Origin: Eubacteriales bacterium
GTDB lineage: Bacteria; Bacillota; Clostridia; Oscillospirales; CAG-272
Reading direction: 5' to 3'
NCBI GenBank assembly: GCA_045593985.1
Contig: JAZNXR010000002.1
Coordinates: 3,790-67,789 of the forward strand
Length of the DNA stretch: 64,000 nucleotides
The translations under genes and the position numbers were made by a program. Positions 60,880-64,000 of the stretch are shown one piece after another; positions within the stretch are counted from its first letter, which is position 1; every line of letters begins with the position of its first letter. A model generated the notes under the pieces. It was not told the origin of the DNA. It did no database searches and was given only the letters and a program-made list of their open reading frames with translations.

Positions 60880-62712
60880 TTGACTCCGGAAGCATATAAA
60901 AGAGGAATATGGGACGGACATTCCGATTGCGCTTACGAATATCTCGGCTGTCACCGTGACGGAGACAGCTATGTTTTTCGTGTCTGGGCGCCTGAGGCAA
61001 GAAGCGTTCGTGTTCTCGGCCGCTTTAACGGCTGGGACAGAAACGCGCCCGTTATGACGAACCTCGGCGGCATTTGGGAATATCGCACGCAGGCAAGTCA
61101 GTTTGATGAATATAAGTATTATATAGAGCGCCCCGACGGCTCCTATGTAATGAAGGCAGATCCCTATGCCTTCCATTCCTGCACGCGTCCTGAAACGGCG
61201 TCGAGAATATTCGATCTTTCGGGATATGAGTGGGGCGACGGCGCTTATATGAGGGCGGCAAAAAAGAAAAACCCCCTTAATTCTCCCGTTAACATTTACG
61301 AAATGCACCTCGGCTCGTGGCGCAAATATGAGGACGGAAATCCCTTCTCTTACCGCGCGCTTGCCGATGATCTCGTTCCGTATCTTACTGATATGGGATA
61401 TACACACGTTGAGTTCCTTCCGGTGGCGGAGCATCCCTTTGACGGCTCCTGGGGCTATCAGGTAACGGGCTATTACGCACCGACCTCGCGATACGGAACG
61501 CCGCACGATTTTATGTATCTCGTTGACCGCCTGCATCAGGCGGGCATCGGAGTCATAATCGACTGGGTGGGAGCGCATTTTCCGAAGGACGAATGCGGCC
61601 TATATGAATTCGACGGAAGCTGCTGCTATGAAAACCGCGATCCGAGTCGGCGTGAGCATCCCGAATGGGGAACTCGGCTTTTCGATTTCGGTCGCAACGA
61701 GGTAAGAGCATTCCTTATCTCGAATATAAGATATTGGATCAAGGAATATCACGTTGACGGTATTCGCTGTGACGCCGTTACGAATATGGTATATAAGGAT
61801 TACGCAAGCGATCCCGATTGCTGGCGAAAGCCCTACGATTCGGTAAATCACGATGCGGTGCGCCTTATACGTGATATGAATACGGCTGCATATAGAGAAA
61901 ATCCTTCCGTTATGATGATAGCGGAGGAGGCAACGTCATACCCGCTTGTTACCAAGCCCGGCTACGACGGAGGACTCGGCTTCGGATTTAAATGGAATAT
62001 GGGCTGGATGCACGATACCCTTGACTATATGTCGGTAGATCCGATATACAGAAAGTTCGACCACGATAAGATCACCTTCTCGCTGACCTACGCTTTCTCG
62101 GAAAATCACGTTCTTCCGTTCTCACACGACGAGGTCGTCCACGGTAAGCTTTCCCTTATCGGACGTATGCCGGGAGATTACGGAACGAAGTTCGCATCCC
62201 TGAAGGTGCTGTATTCCTATCTTATGGCACATCCGGGAAAGAAGCTCTTATTTATGGGAGGCGAGCTTGGACAGTTTATCGAGTGGGACGAAAAAAGAGA
62301 GCTTGACTGGTTCCTTCTGAACTACGACAGCCACGCAGATATGCAAAGATTCGTGCGTGCGCTGAATCATTTTTATAAGAACAATTCTCCGCTGTGGGAA
62401 AACGATGCCGATTGGAACGGTTTTTCGTGGCTTAAGGTCGATGACCGTGACAACAGCGTTTTCTCCTTCCGCCGCATCGACAGAAAGGGAAATGAGCTTA
62501 TCGCAGTATTTAATTTCTGCCCCGTTCACCGTCCCGATTACCGCATGGGAATTCCGAATAAGTGTATTCTCAAGCAGGTGTTTACGACAGGCGGAGGAAG
62601 CGAAAAGATAAGGACGGAGAATATTCCGTGCGACGGTCAGAATCAGTCCGCGGTCTTTGATATTCCGCCAATGTCGGCAAGCTTTTATAAGATGACGTAC
62701 GTGCGGAAATGA
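60880..62712 (+). CDS. glgB: 1,4-alpha-glucan branching enzyme
   Basis: GH13 motifs DWVGAHF, GIRCDAV, IAEE, SHDEV. Start is either TTG 60880 (G-rich SD 7 nt upstream) or TTG 60865. Confidence 0.9.
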   Translation: MTPEAYKRGIWDGHSDCAYEYLGCHRDGDSYVFRVWAPEARSVRVLGRFNGWDRNAPVMTNLGGIWEYRTQASQFDEYKYYIERPDGSYVMKADPYAFHSCTRPETASRIFDLSGYEWGDGAYMRAAKKKNPLNSPVNIYEMHLGSWRKYEDGNPFSYRALADDLVPYLTDMGYTHVEFLPVAEHPFDGSWGYQVTGYYAPTSRYGTPHDFMYLVDRLHQAGIGVIIDWVGAHFPKDECGLYEFDGSCCYENRDPSRREHPEWGTRLFDFGRNEVRAFLISNIRYWIKEYHVDGIRCDAVTNMVYKDYASDPDCWRKPYDSVNHDAVRLIRDMNTAAYRENPSVMMIAEEATSYPLVTKPGYDGGLGFGFKWNMGWMHDTLDYMSVDPIYRKFDHDKITFSLTYAFSENHVLPFSHDEVVHGKLSLIGRMPGDYGTKFASLKVLYSYLMAHPGKKLLFMGGELGQFIEWDEKRELDWFLLNYDSHADMQRFVRALNHFYKNNSPLWENDADWNGFSWLKVDDRDNSVFSFRRIDRKGNELIAVFNFCPVHRPDYRMGIPNKCILKQVFTTGGGSEKIRTENIPCDGQNQSAVFDIPPMSASFYKMTYVRK

Positions 62713-62735
62713 TGATTTAGCAAATGTCTTTTTGC

Positions 62736-63006
62736 GAGATCCCGATGCCACAAGCGGCATCGCCCTACGGGTTCGACTGCGTCCCGCCGTGTCATTCTGA
62801 GTGAAGCGAAGCGGAATCGAACGGCGAAGCCGAGATCCCGATGCCACAAGTGGCATCGCCCTGCGGGTTCGACTGCGTCCCGCCGTGTCATTCTGAGTGT
62901 AGCGAAGCGGAATCGAACGGCGAAGCCGCGCGAAGTGCAACGAAGCGGAATCTCGGCGGGACTTCGCTCAGGATGACAAGGCGGGACTCCGCTCAGGATG
63001 ACCGCG
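62736..63006 (+). repeat. R3 element with a tandemly duplicated 96-nt head unit and a duplicated tail
   Basis: Units at 62736-62831 and 62832-62927 (period 96, a few mismatches). Core at 62928-62953. Two tails GGCGGGAC..CGCTCAGGATGAC at 62954-62977 and 62980-63002. Confidence 0.9.
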
Positions 63007-63105
63007 AAAAAACAAGCTCTGATATACGACCTATCTCCGCCAAGAGTGCGGACAAAATATAAAACTAATCTTCGCTTTGCGAGGAAAAGAAAGAAGGTTT
63101 ATTTA

Positions 63106-64000
63106 ATGCCAGTAAGAAGCAAGGAATGCATTGCAATGCTTCTCGCAGGAGGCCAGGGTAGCCGCCTTTACGTTCTGACCGAGAACACGGCAAAGCCCGC
63201 AGTACCCTTTGGAGGAAAATATCGAATCATCGACTATTCTCTTTCAAACTGCGTAAACTCGGGTATCGACACAGTCGGTATTCTTACGCAGTATCAGCCG
63301 CTTGAGCTGAACGATTACATAGGAAACGGTCAGCCGTGGGACTTAAACCGCAATTTCGGCGGCGCACACGTTCTTCCTCCTTATATGAAGACGAAGAACA
63401 ACTCTTGGTACAAGGGTACGGCAAATGCGATCTATCAGAATCTCCATTTCATAGACCGCTATAACCCCGAGTACGTTCTTATCCTTTCGGGCGACCACAT
63501 CTACAAGATGGACTACTCGAAGATGCTCTCCTTCCATAAGGAAAAGGAGGCAGAATGTACCATCGCCGTTCGTACCGTTCCGATCGAGGAAGCGTCGAGA
63601 ATGGGCATTATGAGCACCGATAATACCGACCGTATTACGGAGTTCGAGGAAAAGCCGAAGGTGCCGAAAAGCAATCTCGCATCTATGGGCGTTTATATCT
63701 TCAACTGGAAAACGCTTAAGCAGTATCTTATAGATGACGAAAACGATCCAAACTCGTCTAACGACTTCGGTAAGAATATTATCCCCGCCTTCTTAAAGGA
63801 CGGCAGAGGACTTTACGCTTATACGTTTGACGGCTATTGGCGTGACGTCGGAACTCTTGACTCGCTCTGGCAGGCGAATATGGATCTTCTTGATCCTGCC
63901 CGCCCGATAAACGTAGGCGCACCCAAGAAGTTCCGTATTTACAGCCGTAACTACGCACAGCCGCCGTCTAATATCGTAAAGGGATCGGTGGTAAAGAACT
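63106..64000 (+). CDS. glgC: glucose-1-phosphate adenylyltransferase, N-terminal part (runs off the window)
   Basis: [27 protein letters not shown] signature. Frame is open to nt 64000. Absent from the ORF track because it has no stop. Confidence 0.9.
   Translation, partial: MPVRSKECIAMLLAGGQGSRLYVLTENTAKPAVPFGGKYRIIDYSLSNCVNSGIDTVGILTQYQPLELNDYIGNGQPWDLNRNFGGAHVLPPYMKTKNNSWYKGTANAIYQNLHFIDRYNPEYVLILSGDHIYKMDYSKMLSFHKEKEAECTIAVRTVPIEEASRMGIMSTDNTDRITEFEEKPKVPKSNLASMGVYIFNWKTLKQYLIDDENDPNSSNDFGKNIIPAFLKDGRGLYAYTFDGYWRDVGTLDSLWQANMDLLDPARPINVGAPKKFRIYSRNYAQPPSNIVKGSVVKN

Noticed and set aside
62736-62927. Possible CRISPR array (regular repeats at 62736-62927 and the AATGATG periodicity at 44923-45075)
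   Set aside because: There are only two 96-nt units, directly abutting with no unique spacers. The AATGATG units are 17-20 nt with degenerate variable parts that are complementary to each other. No cas genes or leader are present.

Overview
This window looks like core chromosome of a spore-forming Firmicute. By gene content and synteny I would guess Clostridia (Oscillospiraceae/Ruminococcaceae-like), about 50% GC; this was not checked against any database. It holds about 62 protein genes, almost all housekeeping. They cover translation and RNA modification (truB, rimO, mnmG, rsmG, a YtqB/MnmM-like methyltransferase, thiI, prfB, rqcH), DNA metabolism (recD2, comFC, nth, dut, thyA, hup), sporulation and division (yabO-yabP-yabQ-divIC), lipid synthesis (pgsA, acpP, ispE), methionine and cysteine synthesis (metF, split metH, cysK), glycogen (glgB, glgC), sugar utilisation, and five tRNA genes. 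I saw no prophage, CRISPR, integrase or recognisable defence module. The unusual part is non-coding. Nearly every long intergenic spacer carries structured repeats from at least four families. R1 is a GTAG-headed hairpin family that also occurs as inverted doublets (REP/REPIN-like). R2 is a TTGCCT-headed multi-hairpin family. R3 is a roughly 160-nt element built on a 96-nt unit, with interleaved complementary blocks. R4 is an AATGATG periodic array. Several copies show compensatory stem substitutions. Many ORF-track entries and N-terminal extensions are translations of these repeats. Secondary leads: a thyA operon with a Cys-rich protein where folA usually sits, an MreB paralog with degenerate ATP motifs, a coiled-coil protein with a seemingly dead beta-lactamase fold next to divIC, and an AraC-linked dehydrogenase plus TIM-barrel cluster. 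All functional calls rest on motif recognition by eye; no searches were run.
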